Origin: Gemmata obscuriglobus
GTDB lineage: Bacteria > Planctomycetota > Planctomycetia > Gemmatales > Gemmataceae
DNA: 32,000 nucleotides
Assembly: GCF_008065095.1 (NCBI RefSeq)
Contig: NZ_CP042911.1
Location: 7,260,001-7,292,000 of the forward strand
Reading direction: 5' to 3'
The position numbers and the translations under genes are program-made. Below the pieces are notes generated by a model. It saw only the letters and a program-made list of their open reading frames with translations, did no database searches and had not been told where the DNA came from. Positions 23,044 through 31,563 of the stretch are shown here, piece after piece (positions within the stretch are counted from its first letter, which is position 1; every line of letters starts with the position of its first letter).

Positions 23044-25023
23044 CTACGCGGGGAAGATCTCTTCAAAAGGGACTTCCCACTGCCCGATGCCAACGCTCAC
23101 GGTGACTGTCTGCTTCTTGGCGTCCACCTTCACGACCTTTCCGGTCGAGCCGAACCGCTGCACGGTCACCACGGTTCCCGTTTTCAGCGTCGCACGAAGC
23201 TCGTTGAGAGCCGCTCGCTCGGCGGCCTGGTTATCGAGCGCCGCACGCTCGCGAGCCAGTTGCTCCTTTTCGCGGTCGGCCTCGTGCCGGGCCGCTAGTG
23301 CGTCGACCTTCGCCTGCTCGGCTTCCAGACGCAGCTCTTGAAGTCGGGCCAGTTCGCCGCTCTTCCCCTTGCGCTTCTTGAGGTACTTGTGCGCCTTGCG
23401 CAGCAGGTCCTTCGGCAGTTTGAGTCGCCGGGCGATCTTGAGCGCGTTGCTCATCCCGAACTGGCCGATGTGCAGCCGGTAGGTCGGGCGCATCGTCTCG
23501 ATGTCGAACTCGACGGCCCCGTTCTCGGCCCGGTCGTTGTTGAACGCGTAGGTCTTCAGGTCACCGAGGTGCGTCGTCACGATGGCGCGGCCCCGCACCG
23601 AATCGAGCTGATCGAGGATCGCGCGCCCGAGGGCCGCGCCTTCGGTCGGGTCCGTACCCGCGCCCAATTCGTCCAGCAGGATGAGGCTGTGTTCGTCTGC
23701 GACCTGGAAGATGGAGCTGATGCGCGTGATGTGTGACGAGAACGTGCTGAGGGACTGTTCCAGACTTTGCTCGTCGCCGATGTCCGCGAGAATGTGGCGG
23801 AAGACGGGGACTAAGCTCCCTTCGCCCGCGGGAATGTGCATCCCGCACTGCGCCATGAGACACAAGAGCCCGGTCGTTTTCAGCGTTACCGTTTTGCCGC
23901 CGGTGTTGGGTCCGGTAATCACCAGCAGGTTAAACCCGATCCCGAGCCGGATATCGATCGGAACTACCGAGCGCGTTTTGAGCTTGGAACTCGGTGCGGA
24001 GCTGCCGGAGCCGGGCGGCGGTGCTTCAGCGACCGGGTCGTTGCGGAACATCGCTTCGAGCAGCGGATGACGGGCTTGCCGGAGCCACAGCTTTCCTTCT
24101 GTGTTCACGTCCGGCGGCCACATGTTGAAGTCGCGAGCGTAACGAGCCCTTGCGGTGATGAGGTCCAGCTTCGCGATCACTTCCAGCGAGTAGATCAGCG
24201 GCTTCGAGACCTTCCCGACCTCGCTGCTGAGCCGCCGCAGCACCCGCTTCACCTCGCGGTCCTCGTCGGCCTTCAGTTGCACCCGCTCGGCGCTCAGGTT
24301 GGCGATGCTGGCGGGCTCGATGAAGACCGTCTCGCCGGTCCCGCTGACGCGGTGGACCACACCATTGACCTTGTGCCGGTGGTTCACCGACACCGGTAAC
24401 ACGTAGTGGTCCCCGTGGACGGTCGCGTTCGGATAGCTCAGGATTTTGCGTAACTCGGGGTCACGCAACAGGCGCCGGATCTCGGCCTTCACCTTCTCAT
24501 CAAGATCGAAGAGCTTCTGGCGCACCGCGGCCAGGTCGCGACTGGCCATATCGAGGACGTGCCCGCGCCCGTCGATGCACCCCCCAATGGACTTACCGAC
24601 GGTGCCGAGGTCTTCGATCCCGGAGAGGTGGTCGATGATTCCCGAGAGGTGTTCCGCAAGACGCATCCGGTAGCGGTACATGGCCCCGGTGCAGTTGAGT
24701 GCTTCGGCCACCTCAATGAGCTGCTCGGCGGTGAGCATGGTGCCGATTTGAGCCCGGCGCGCGACCAGTCGGACGTCGTGCAGGCCCGCAAATGGCGGCG
24801 CCTGGTTCAGCCCGAGCGCCTCGACCATTTCCGTCGTGAGTTGGATTTCCTTGCGGATCGTGCCGGGGTCGAGCGACGGCTCGGTCTGGCGCGCGAGGTC
24901 GCGACCGAGGGTGGATGCGGCGTATCCGGCGAGCAGTTCGCGAACCTTCTCGAAGCCGAGGAGATCGAGCGTGTGAGCGTCCATGAGGGCTGGGGCAGCC
25001 TGTGTTGCTTCGAGGGTAATCAT
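23044..25023 (-). CDS. mutS2: MutS2-family ATPase (MutS paralogue) ending after a KOW-like segment, with no Smr domain
   Basis: Walker A is LVITGPNTGGKTVTLKTTGL and Walker B is LILLDELGAGTDPTEGAALG. A coiled coil runs (LQELRLEAEQAKVDALAARHEADREKEQLARERAAL). The C-terminus is GTVVTVQRFGSTGKVVKVDAKKQTVTVSVGIGQWEVPFEEIFPA followed by the stop. The ORF extends to 25116. The preferred start is MITLE at 25023, with MDAHTLDLLGFEKV at 24984 as an alternative. Confidence 0.85.
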   Translation of the reverse strand: MITLEATQAAPALMDAHTLDLLGFEKVRELLAGYAASTLGRDLARQTEPSLDPGTIRKEIQLTTEMVEALGLNQAPPFAGLHDVRLVARRAQIGTMLTAEQLIEVAEALNCTGAMYRYRMRLAEHLSGIIDHLSGIEDLGTVGKSIGGCIDGRGHVLDMASRDLAAVRQKLFDLDEKVKAEIRRLLRDPELRKILSYPNATVHGDHYVLPVSVNHRHKVNGVVHRVSGTGETVFIEPASIANLSAERVQLKADEDREVKRVLRRLSSEVGKVSKPLIYSLEVIAKLDLITARARYARDFNMWPPDVNTEGKLWLRQARHPLLEAMFRNDPVAEAPPPGSGSSAPSSKLKTRSVVPIDIRLGIGFNLLVITGPNTGGKTVTLKTTGLLCLMAQCGMHIPAGEGSLVPVFRHILADIGDEQSLEQSLSTFSSHITRISSIFQVADEHSLILLDELGAGTDPTEGAALGRAILDQLDSVRGRAIVTTHLGDLKTYAFNNDRAENGAVEFDIETMRPTYRLHIGQFGMSNALKIARRLKLPKDLLRKAHKYLKKRKGKSGELARLQELRLEAEQAKVDALAARHEADREKEQLARERAALDNQAAERAALNELRATLKTGTVVTVQRFGSTGKVVKVDAKKQTVTVSVGIGQWEVPFEEIFPA

Positions 25024-25164
25024 GATACCCGTGACACGCCCGTAGCGCGGCGGGTTCGGGCAGGTGAATTGTACGCGGCCGGCGAGCGGGGGCACGCGCC
25101 CCGAGAGACCTTTCACCTACGGGCAGTGCGTTCCTCGGCGCGCGAGCCCCGCTCTGGTGCGTGA

Positions 25165-25650
25165 TCACTTCGCCTGGCGTGCCCAGGTTTCGAGGAAGTA
25201 GTTGCTGCCGGCGGGCGATTCGAACTTGGTCGGTTTGGGCTTATCGACCGGGCCGTAGCACATTTTCAACTGGTTCCCGGCCAACTCGTAGATGCCGTGG
25301 CACTTCTTGCCCTTTTGCGGCCCGTCGGCGAACTCGAATGTGATCGCCTTTGGTGCGGTAGCTGCGTCGAGGGTGATGTTTGCTAGCGCCAGGCGGAAGA
25401 TGATCGGCTTCCCATCTTTGTCCAGTTTCGAGTCCTTGAAGTACAGGAAATACTCGCTCTTATCGAACACCGCGGTCACCTGCTTCATGATCTCCGTGGG
25501 CATCATGGCCTTACCTTCGGTCTCGCACTGGAGCGGCTTCCAGTAGCCCTGCACCTTGTCGAGGTCGTTGGCCGGCGCGGGCGCCGGCGGGTTAGCGAGC
25601 ACCACAGTCGCGAACGTCAGTGCGCTCATCAAGACTCCTATACGAACCAT
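25165..25650 (-). CDS. secreted TIGR03067-type (planctomycete-specific, lipocalin-like) domain protein
   Basis: The start is MVRIGVLMSALTFATVVLA (signal peptide), codon 29 of ORF 25165..25734. The pattern DLDKVQGYWKPLQCETEGK...IYELAGNQLKMCYG...KPTKFESPAGSNYFLETWAR matches my memory of the TIGR03067 domain. Confidence 0.7.
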   Translation of the reverse strand: MVRIGVLMSALTFATVVLANPPAPAPANDLDKVQGYWKPLQCETEGKAMMPTEIMKQVTAVFDKSEYFLYFKDSKLDKDGKPIIFRLALANITLDAATAPKAITFEFADGPQKGKKCHGIYELAGNQLKMCYGPVDKPKPTKFESPAGSNYFLETWARQAK

Positions 25651-25717
25651 CGCACACCCCCGCGGGTTCCAGGCCGGTTTATCGGGGGTATGGCCGGGCG
25701 GGTCGGTTACGTCAATC

Positions 25718-26908
25718 TCAACCGAGCCGTTCACACACGACCGCAGTGTGCGCCCCCCTCACGCGCGTGAGCAACACCCCTCGGTGTCCCGGGCCTTTGA
25801 GCTTCAACTTCTTCACCACCTCGGCCGGGTCCGCGGGCGAGCCGCGGTTGATGACCGTGACCCGCCCGATCTGCCGCTCGCGCAGGTAGTCGCGCAGATG
25901 GTTCGGGTGGAACGGGGCCGCGTGCTCAACTCGGTATGCGGTCGCAAAGGCCGTAGGGGCGTGCGCCCCGCCGGTGAGAAGTTGTACCTCGAAGTCGGTC
26001 GCTTCGGCGCTCAGGCGTTCCGCAAGTTGAGGAACTAACCCGGCGCGCGTGACCGCCGGATCGGGGTCGTACAGTACTTCACCCACCCGTTCCGCGAGCG
26101 GCGGCGGTGGTGACGCTTCGCCTTCACCCGTTAGCGTCTCGCCGGAGGGGAGGACGGTCGCGCGGCGGACCGCCTGGCGCAGCGGCCCGAACCACAATAT
26201 GCACTCCTTTAGCTCACCGCGCAGCGACACGAACTCGGCCTCTGCGGCGGACGGGATATCGGATTTGGCGACCCCCGGTGCGATTTTCACCCCGAGCGGG
26301 AAGTCCGCTCCGAACCGTCCGCGAAGTGCGCCCAGGGAAGGAGAGTAGTCTTCGGGATCGAGAAACCGCCGACCGTTCGCCCGGCGATCCGGGTCCGCGA
26401 ACGCGGCCCTGGCGTCCGGAAGCGGAGCCGCAAGCGCGTCGCCCGCGATACCGCGCACGCGGTCGGTCACTCCGAGCGCGGCGGCGTTGGCCCCGCACAT
26501 GGCAACCCGTAATGGGTCAAGATCGACAGCAGCCACCGTCAACCCGGCACGCGCCAAGGCGATCGCATCGGCACCGATCCCGCAGCACAGGTCCGCGACG
26601 TTCCCGAACTCCGCGAACCGCCGCGCCCGGTGCCGGCCCACGATTTCACTCGTGGACTGCTCCAGCGCCTCGCGGGTGAAGTACATGAGGGCCGCATCAG
26701 CGAACTTCTCGCGGGCTTTAGTTCGCAGCAGGGCGGTTTCGAGTGCGGCCTGGGCGAGGGCCGGTGCGTGGTGCTTTCGGAGCGTTGCTGCGCACGTAAG
26801 AAACGTGGTTTCCGTCGGTTGGAGTGAAACGGCCTGGCGCAGTAATCGCTGCCCCGTGGGGCTCAGCAACTCGCGAAACGTTTCCAGGTCCATTGACGCG
26901 CCCTGCAC
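25718..26908 (-). CDS. class I SAM-dependent methyltransferase with a C-terminal THUMP-like region
   Basis: The ORF is 396 aa, with an alternative start (MDLETF) at 26893. Motif I is VADLCCGIGADAIALARAG followed by AVDLD. The overall layout resembles methyltransferases carrying a THUMP-like C-terminal domain. The substrate is unknown. Confidence 0.65.
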   Translation of the reverse strand: MQGASMDLETFRELLSPTGQRLLRQAVSLQPTETTFLTCAATLRKHHAPALAQAALETALLRTKAREKFADAALMYFTREALEQSTSEIVGRHRARRFAEFGNVADLCCGIGADAIALARAGLTVAAVDLDPLRVAMCGANAAALGVTDRVRGIAGDALAAPLPDARAAFADPDRRANGRRFLDPEDYSPSLGALRGRFGADFPLGVKIAPGVAKSDIPSAAEAEFVSLRGELKECILWFGPLRQAVRRATVLPSGETLTGEGEASPPPPLAERVGEVLYDPDPAVTRAGLVPQLAERLSAEATDFEVQLLTGGAHAPTAFATAYRVEHAAPFHPNHLRDYLRERQIGRVTVINRGSPADPAEVVKKLKLKGPGHRGVLLTRVRGAHTAVVCERLG

Positions 26909-26982
26909 TCGACGTTCGTGTGTCCGACCGATACCCTAAACCGAATCAGTCAAGGGCACACACACAGCATAAGGAGTCGATA

Positions 26983-27240
26983 ATGGGGAACCCCGCAAGC
27001 GATACCCGGAAGGCGACCGAAAAGCGCCGCAAGCGGTACGAAGCCCGCCTCGGGCCGGGCGTCTACCTTCCGAAGCAAGAACGCCTTGCCGTGAACGCCG
27101 AGATGGAAAAATTCGCCGCGGCCGAGAAGGAACGGCTCGCCAAGGTGAAGGCCGAACGCGAAGCCAAGCGGAAAGCGAAGAAGGCCGCTCCGAAGCCGGC
27201 CGCCGCGCCCGCTCCTGCTCCCGAAGAAGCCAAGGCATAA
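26983..27240 (+). CDS. small (85 aa) highly charged Lys/Ala/Glu-rich protein, hypothetical
   Basis: An AAGGAG Shine-Dalgarno at 26970..26975 sits 7 nt before the ATG at 26983. The sequence is MGNPASDTRKATEKRRKRYEARLG...KVKAEREAKRKAKKAAPKPAAAPAPAPEEAKA. The low-complexity basic tail gives no family assignment. Confidence 0.55.
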   Translation: MGNPASDTRKATEKRRKRYEARLGPGVYLPKQERLAVNAEMEKFAAAEKERLAKVKAEREAKRKAKKAAPKPAAAPAPAPEEAKA

Positions 27241-27252
27241 AACCAAGAGCAA

Positions 27253-27428
27253 GAGTATTCACCGCAGAGAGCACGGGAGGGCGCGGAGAGAAGGCACCAA
27301 GAGAGTTAACTGAACTCTTTTCTTATGCCTCCTCTCTGCGCCTTCCCGTGCTCTCTGCGGTGAATACTCTTTACCACGCCCTCCACACCAACCGACACTA
27401 CCGCGCCCTCTCTCCGCGGTGAATACTC
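27253..27428. repeat. Repeat family A, second locus: one forward copy, one inverted copy and one truncated inverted copy
   Basis: The forward copy is GAGTATTCACCGCAGAGAGCACGGGAGGGCGCGGAGAGAAGG at 27253..27294. The inverted copy is at 27328..27369. A truncated inverted copy, GCGCCCTCTCTCCGCGGTGAATACTC, is at 27403..27428. It shares the core TTCACCGCAGAGRGCACGRGAGGGC with the 10856..11103 array. It fills the gap between the convergent small protein and tsaD genes. Confidence 0.85.
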
Positions 27429-27433
27429 TTCTA

Positions 27434-28474
27434 TCAAAGCCAGTTAGGCTCGGCGTCCAGGTCGTCGGGCGCGAACGCACCCTGCTTCCATTTCTCGACC
27501 GCCAGCGCGGCCATTGCGGCGTTGTCCGTACACAGCGACAGCGGGGGAATGAACAGGTCCGCTCCCTCTTTCTTGCACATCGCTTCCAGCGCGGCTCGAA
27601 GCGGCTTGTTCGCGCTCACGCCGCCCCCAACGGCGAGCCGGGCGAGACCTGTTTTGCGCAGCGCTTGCTTGCACTTCATCGCGAGCACATCGACCACCGC
27701 CGACTGAAAGCTCGCCGCGAGGTCGGCCCGCTTCTGCCCGGGTCCCGGCGGGGTGGCGCGTTTCACGTCCTGTCCGTGGCACGCGTACATCACTGCCGTC
27801 TTCAGCCCGCTGAAGCTGAACTCCAGCCGGCCGTCGTGGATGAACGAGCGCGGGAAATCGTGCGCCTTGGGGTTCCCCGCCGCCGCCTCGCGCTCGACCG
27901 CCGGCCCGCCCGGGAAGCCGAGTCCCAGAATCGCGGCCACCTTATCGAACGCCTCGCCCGCGGCGTCGTCGCGGGTGCCGCCGAGCAACTCCATCGACAG
28001 CGCGGTGTCGCACCGGAACAGCGCCGTGTGCCCGCCGCTCACCACGAGCCCGACGCACGGGAAAATGTCGCGGCCCGCGGCCAGCCGGCACGCGAAGATG
28101 TGGCTCGCAACGTGATTCACGGCGATCAGCGGAACCCCCAGCCCGAACGCAAGCGCTTTCGCCGCACTCACACCCACCAGCAGCGCCCCGACCAGACCGG
28201 GGGTGTTATGAACCGCCACACAGCCGATGTCTTTCAACCCGATGTGGGCACGCGCGAGCGCGTCGTCGACGACCGGAAGCAGGCTCCGCAAGTGCGCGCG
28301 GGACGCGATCTCGGGAACGACCCCGCCGAATCGAGCGTGCAGGTCCGTTTGCGACGCCACCACACTGGACAGCACTTGCAGTTCGTCCGTGAACACCGCA
28401 GCCGCAGTTTCGTCGCACGAAGTTTCGAGGGCCAAGAAGTACGTCACTCGGTTCGTCCCTGGGGCCGCGAGCAT
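27434..28474 (-). CDS. tsaD: tRNA N6-adenosine threonylcarbamoyltransferase TsaD (Kae1/Gcp family)
   Basis: The start is MLAAPGTNRVTYFLALETSCDETAAAVF, codon 74 of ORF 27434..28693; the upstream codons overlap the kinase gene end. Family blocks are present: ETSCDET, VAVHNTPGLVGALLVG, NHVASHIF, LVVSGGHT, LGGTRDDAAGEAFDKVA and AVGGGVSAN. Confidence 0.92.
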   Translation of the reverse strand: MLAAPGTNRVTYFLALETSCDETAAAVFTDELQVLSSVVASQTDLHARFGGVVPEIASRAHLRSLLPVVDDALARAHIGLKDIGCVAVHNTPGLVGALLVGVSAAKALAFGLGVPLIAVNHVASHIFACRLAAGRDIFPCVGLVVSGGHTALFRCDTALSMELLGGTRDDAAGEAFDKVAAILGLGFPGGPAVEREAAAGNPKAHDFPRSFIHDGRLEFSFSGLKTAVMYACHGQDVKRATPPGPGQKRADLAASFQSAVVDVLAMKCKQALRKTGLARLAVGGGVSANKPLRAALEAMCKKEGADLFIPPLSLCTDNAAMAALAVEKWKQGAFAPDDLDAEPNWL

Positions 28475-28521
28475 CTTGCCCGCACGGCGCGCGGCGAACG
28501 CGTTCCCGGTGCTTTGCCGCG

Positions 28522-30309
28522 CTACAGAACCAGTGTAGCAGAGGGCGCGGCGCTCGCGGTCCCGGTAGTTGGCGGCTCCCACCACTGCGCCGCCAGCGCC
28601 GCGGTCCACTCGGTGCTGCACGCGCACGCCGCAAGTGCGGCTTCCAGTGCGCATGCGGTTTGAAATCGCTCCGCCGGCTCTTTCGCCAGGCACTTCGCGA
28701 CTACGCCGGCGAGGTCGGCCGGCACGCTGGGGCGAACGGAGCGCACGTCCGGGGCCGGCTGTGTCAGGTGCGCGTTAATCAGCTTGCCGACGCTCGTGCC
28801 CTCGAACGGCGGCCGCCCGGTGAGGCAGAAGAACGCTACCGCGCCGAGCGAGTACAGGTCGCCGCGCGGGTCCACGCTCTCGCCGGCGGCCTGCTCGGGG
28901 CACATGTACGCCGGCGTGCCCAGGACCGTCCCGGCGCGGGTGATCTTCACGTCGCTCGAAGAGCCGTGGTCCTGGACCAGTCCGAAGTCGAGTAGCTTGG
29001 CCACGTCACGCTGCCCGCCGAGGGAGGCAATGATAATGTTGGCGGGCTTCAGGTCGCGGTGGACCATCCCGGCCCGGTGCGCCTCCGACAGCGCGCCGCA
29101 CAACTGCCGCAGCAGGTACACCGCGCGGCCGACGGCCAGCGGCCCCCGGTCCTTCACCAAGCGGTCGAGGGTCGGCCCTTCGAGGTACTCCATCACGTAG
29201 TAGAAGCTGCCGTCGTTGCCGCGCCCGTAGTCGTAGATGCGGACCGTGTTGAAGTGCGTGAGGCCGGTAACGGCCCGCACCTCGCGCTCGAACCGGGCGG
29301 CGGTGGCGGGCTCGGAAGCCAGATCGGCCCGCACGAACTTCATGGCGCACGGCCGCTTCAGCAGCCGGTGCTCGGCGAGCCACACCTCGCCCATCCCGCC
29401 CTCACCGAGCCGCTTGCGCAGCGTGTACGCGCCCAACTGCTTCAGCTCGCGCACCGCGTCGAACGCTTGCCGCTGGAGCGTACTCGAGCGGGCGGCGCTG
29501 AACACCGCGATCACGCCGGCCATGAACAGCGGCAGCGCCGTCGTCGGGAGCACGTACGCGAGCGTCGGCCGCACCATCGGGTTGGCGGCCGCGGCCATCG
29601 CCGTGGCCACAAGCGGCACCGAGATCAGCACCGCCGACCCGATCAGGCTGCGGCGGCGGGTGTTCGGAATGAGCACGCCGTACAGCACGATCGCGAACAG
29701 CAGCGGCAGCCCCGTCATCAGCGAGTTGAACCGGTAAAGCAGGTGATGGTACCGCGCGTCCGGCGACGGGGCCGCGTCGGTTTCGAGCACCACGAACCGG
29801 GCAACGAACCCGGCGCCGGCGATGATACCGAACTCGGTCACCTCAACCGCCCGGAGCGCCGTGAGCGACGCCCCTGGATACCGAATCAGGAACCCCAGCC
29901 CCACGACGCTCTGAGCGAACACGAGCAGCGGGAGCCCGACCGCCCAGCGCCCCAACCCGGCCTCTTCCGGAACCGGCGCAAGCCCCGTGAGCCCCAGGAA
30001 GGCGACCGCGCCGGTCACGAGCCCGATCGAGCCGTGTGTGACCAGTAACCGCTTGCGCAGGAGTTGCCGCGTCTCTTCGGCGAACCCGGCCGACCCCGTC
30101 GATACGGTGCGCGGCGGCATCACGCTGGTTTGGGCGCCCGCCGGGTTTTGCGGCGCGGGCCGCACGAGTGTCTCGTCGACCGTGCTCGGAACCGGGCGTA
30201 CCGCGGTCGCCTCGGGCGCCCCATCGGGCGGACGAACGGCGGTGACGTCCGATGGATCGGGCATGTGCGGCAACTCAGCGCAGGTGGGCTTCAGAATAAG
30301 ATATAACAT
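28522..30309 (-). CDS. membrane Ser/Thr protein kinase with an N-terminal polytopic membrane domain and a C-terminal Hanks-type catalytic domain
   Basis: The kinase motifs are GEGGMGEVW, AMKFV, HRDLKPANIII, DFGL and GTPAYMCPEQ. About 6 hydrophobic segments precede the catalytic domain. Start candidates are MLYLIL at 30309 and MPDPSD at 30264. The ORF extends to 30504, but that part overlaps the end of the upstream gene. Confidence 0.85.
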   Translation of the reverse strand: MLYLILKPTCAELPHMPDPSDVTAVRPPDGAPEATAVRPVPSTVDETLVRPAPQNPAGAQTSVMPPRTVSTGSAGFAEETRQLLRKRLLVTHGSIGLVTGAVAFLGLTGLAPVPEEAGLGRWAVGLPLLVFAQSVVGLGFLIRYPGASLTALRAVEVTEFGIIAGAGFVARFVVLETDAAPSPDARYHHLLYRFNSLMTGLPLLFAIVLYGVLIPNTRRRSLIGSAVLISVPLVATAMAAAANPMVRPTLAYVLPTTALPLFMAGVIAVFSAARSSTLQRQAFDAVRELKQLGAYTLRKRLGEGGMGEVWLAEHRLLKRPCAMKFVRADLASEPATAARFEREVRAVTGLTHFNTVRIYDYGRGNDGSFYYVMEYLEGPTLDRLVKDRGPLAVGRAVYLLRQLCGALSEAHRAGMVHRDLKPANIIIASLGGQRDVAKLLDFGLVQDHGSSSDVKITRAGTVLGTPAYMCPEQAAGESVDPRGDLYSLGAVAFFCLTGRPPFEGTSVGKLINAHLTQPAPDVRSVRPSVPADLAGVVAKCLAKEPAERFQTACALEAALAACACSTEWTAALAAQWWEPPTTGTASAAPSATLVL

Positions 30310-30412
30310 GCTTTGCCCGCGCCGTTGAAACGCCGGAGGTCGTGGCGGCGGGCGGACAGAGCTTTTGCCTGGAACCGCCCTTCCCTGTGCGGCCGGCTCG
30401 CCACGGCCGGGG

Positions 30413-30958
30413 TTACGACGTTCCCTCTTCGTTCGGCCCCTCGGGCGGTACAAGGTACAGATGGCACAGCTTCGGGAACCGCTTGCGCATCTCGTCGGGG
30501 TCATCGAAGTCCCAGTCGGTACCCTCGGGCGGTGGCGGCGGGGCGTTCTCCTCGGCGCGGTCGAGTCGCGCGTAGAAGTCGCTCATCCCAGTCTTCTCTT
30601 CGTACACCCGTAGCGCGGAGGCATCCAGCCCGAACCCGTCCACCGGGTCGCCGTCGAGGATGTCGGCGAGCGAGTCCGGGTTCTTCAGCGCGTGTTCGTA
30701 GGCGTGCCGCCCGCGGCCCACCAGCCACACCCGGAAGTCCCGGAACCCGTCGTCCGAGCAGCCGCCGTTGATGAGGTGTGCGGCGCCCCACAGGTCGATG
30801 AGGTTCGCGGAACTGATGGCCTCGTCGAACTTGACCTGGAACTCGATCACTTCGAACCACTTAAGATCGCCGAGCCGCTCCTTGAGGGCCTCGAAGTGGT
30901 CGATCGCGTCCGGCCGGTAGGCGTCTTCGATTACCTTCCAGAACGATTTCCAGTCCAT
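30413..30958 (-). CDS. DUF4240 domain protein
   Basis: The product is 181 aa, starting MDWKSFWKVIEDAY (codon 72 of ORF 30413..31171). The sequence WGAAHLINGGCSDDGFRDFRVWLVGRGRHAYEHAL is characteristic of DUF4240 (from memory). Confidence 0.65.
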   Translation of the reverse strand: MDWKSFWKVIEDAYRPDAIDHFEALKERLGDLKWFEVIEFQVKFDEAISSANLIDLWGAAHLINGGCSDDGFRDFRVWLVGRGRHAYEHALKNPDSLADILDGDPVDGFGLDASALRVYEEKTGMSDFYARLDRAEENAPPPPPEGTDWDFDDPDEMRKRFPKLCHLYLVPPEGPNEEGTS

Positions 30959-31563
30959 CGCGCACCTCATTACGGTACGGCGTGCCGGGGCATCATCTGG
31001 CCGCGCCGCGGTGCAAGTATAGGGCTGCCAAGCCATTTTGGGTGAAACCGGGTCGGCTGCCACACGCGGCCCCGCGCAATACGGCATCAAGGCCAACCGA
31101 ATCGAGGCGGATCTCGGTGAAAGTGTGGAAGCACCTTCGACACTTTTCGAGCCACCTGAAAGTTGCGCCAAGAGTGGATCTCAGTCAGCCGGTATCTGAT
31201 CCGAATCAAGCAAGAGCCGCGAATCGCGCCCCTGACCGGCCCGGCTGTGAACCTATTATGCCCGGCTCACTTACACCGCATCGCGCCGGGCGCCCTTCGG
31301 GCTGAACCGCTTTACACCCGCCATCACCCGACAGAGCTAATTCTGTTCCATTGGAGAACCTCGGGCAAATCCGGTGCACTATCACCGAACAATATTCTTG
31401 ACAGGAGAAATACCGACAAAAAGAGTGTATACTCTAATTAGCGACAACATCATCACAGCCTTCACCTGCTTCAAAAACAGACAAGTGTCAACGCGTCGCC
31501 GCCCCGCGTGAGAACCCTTCGCGGCGACAGCCCCGTCGACCGAACACTCACTAGAGGATCTTC

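Noticed and set aside
31398-31433. Sigma70-like promoter TTGACA ... TATACT upstream of the PAS sensor gene
   Set aside because: The spacing between the hexamers is 24 nt, far from the 16-18 nt optimum. Planctomycetal promoter consensus is also not established, so this is probably coincidental.
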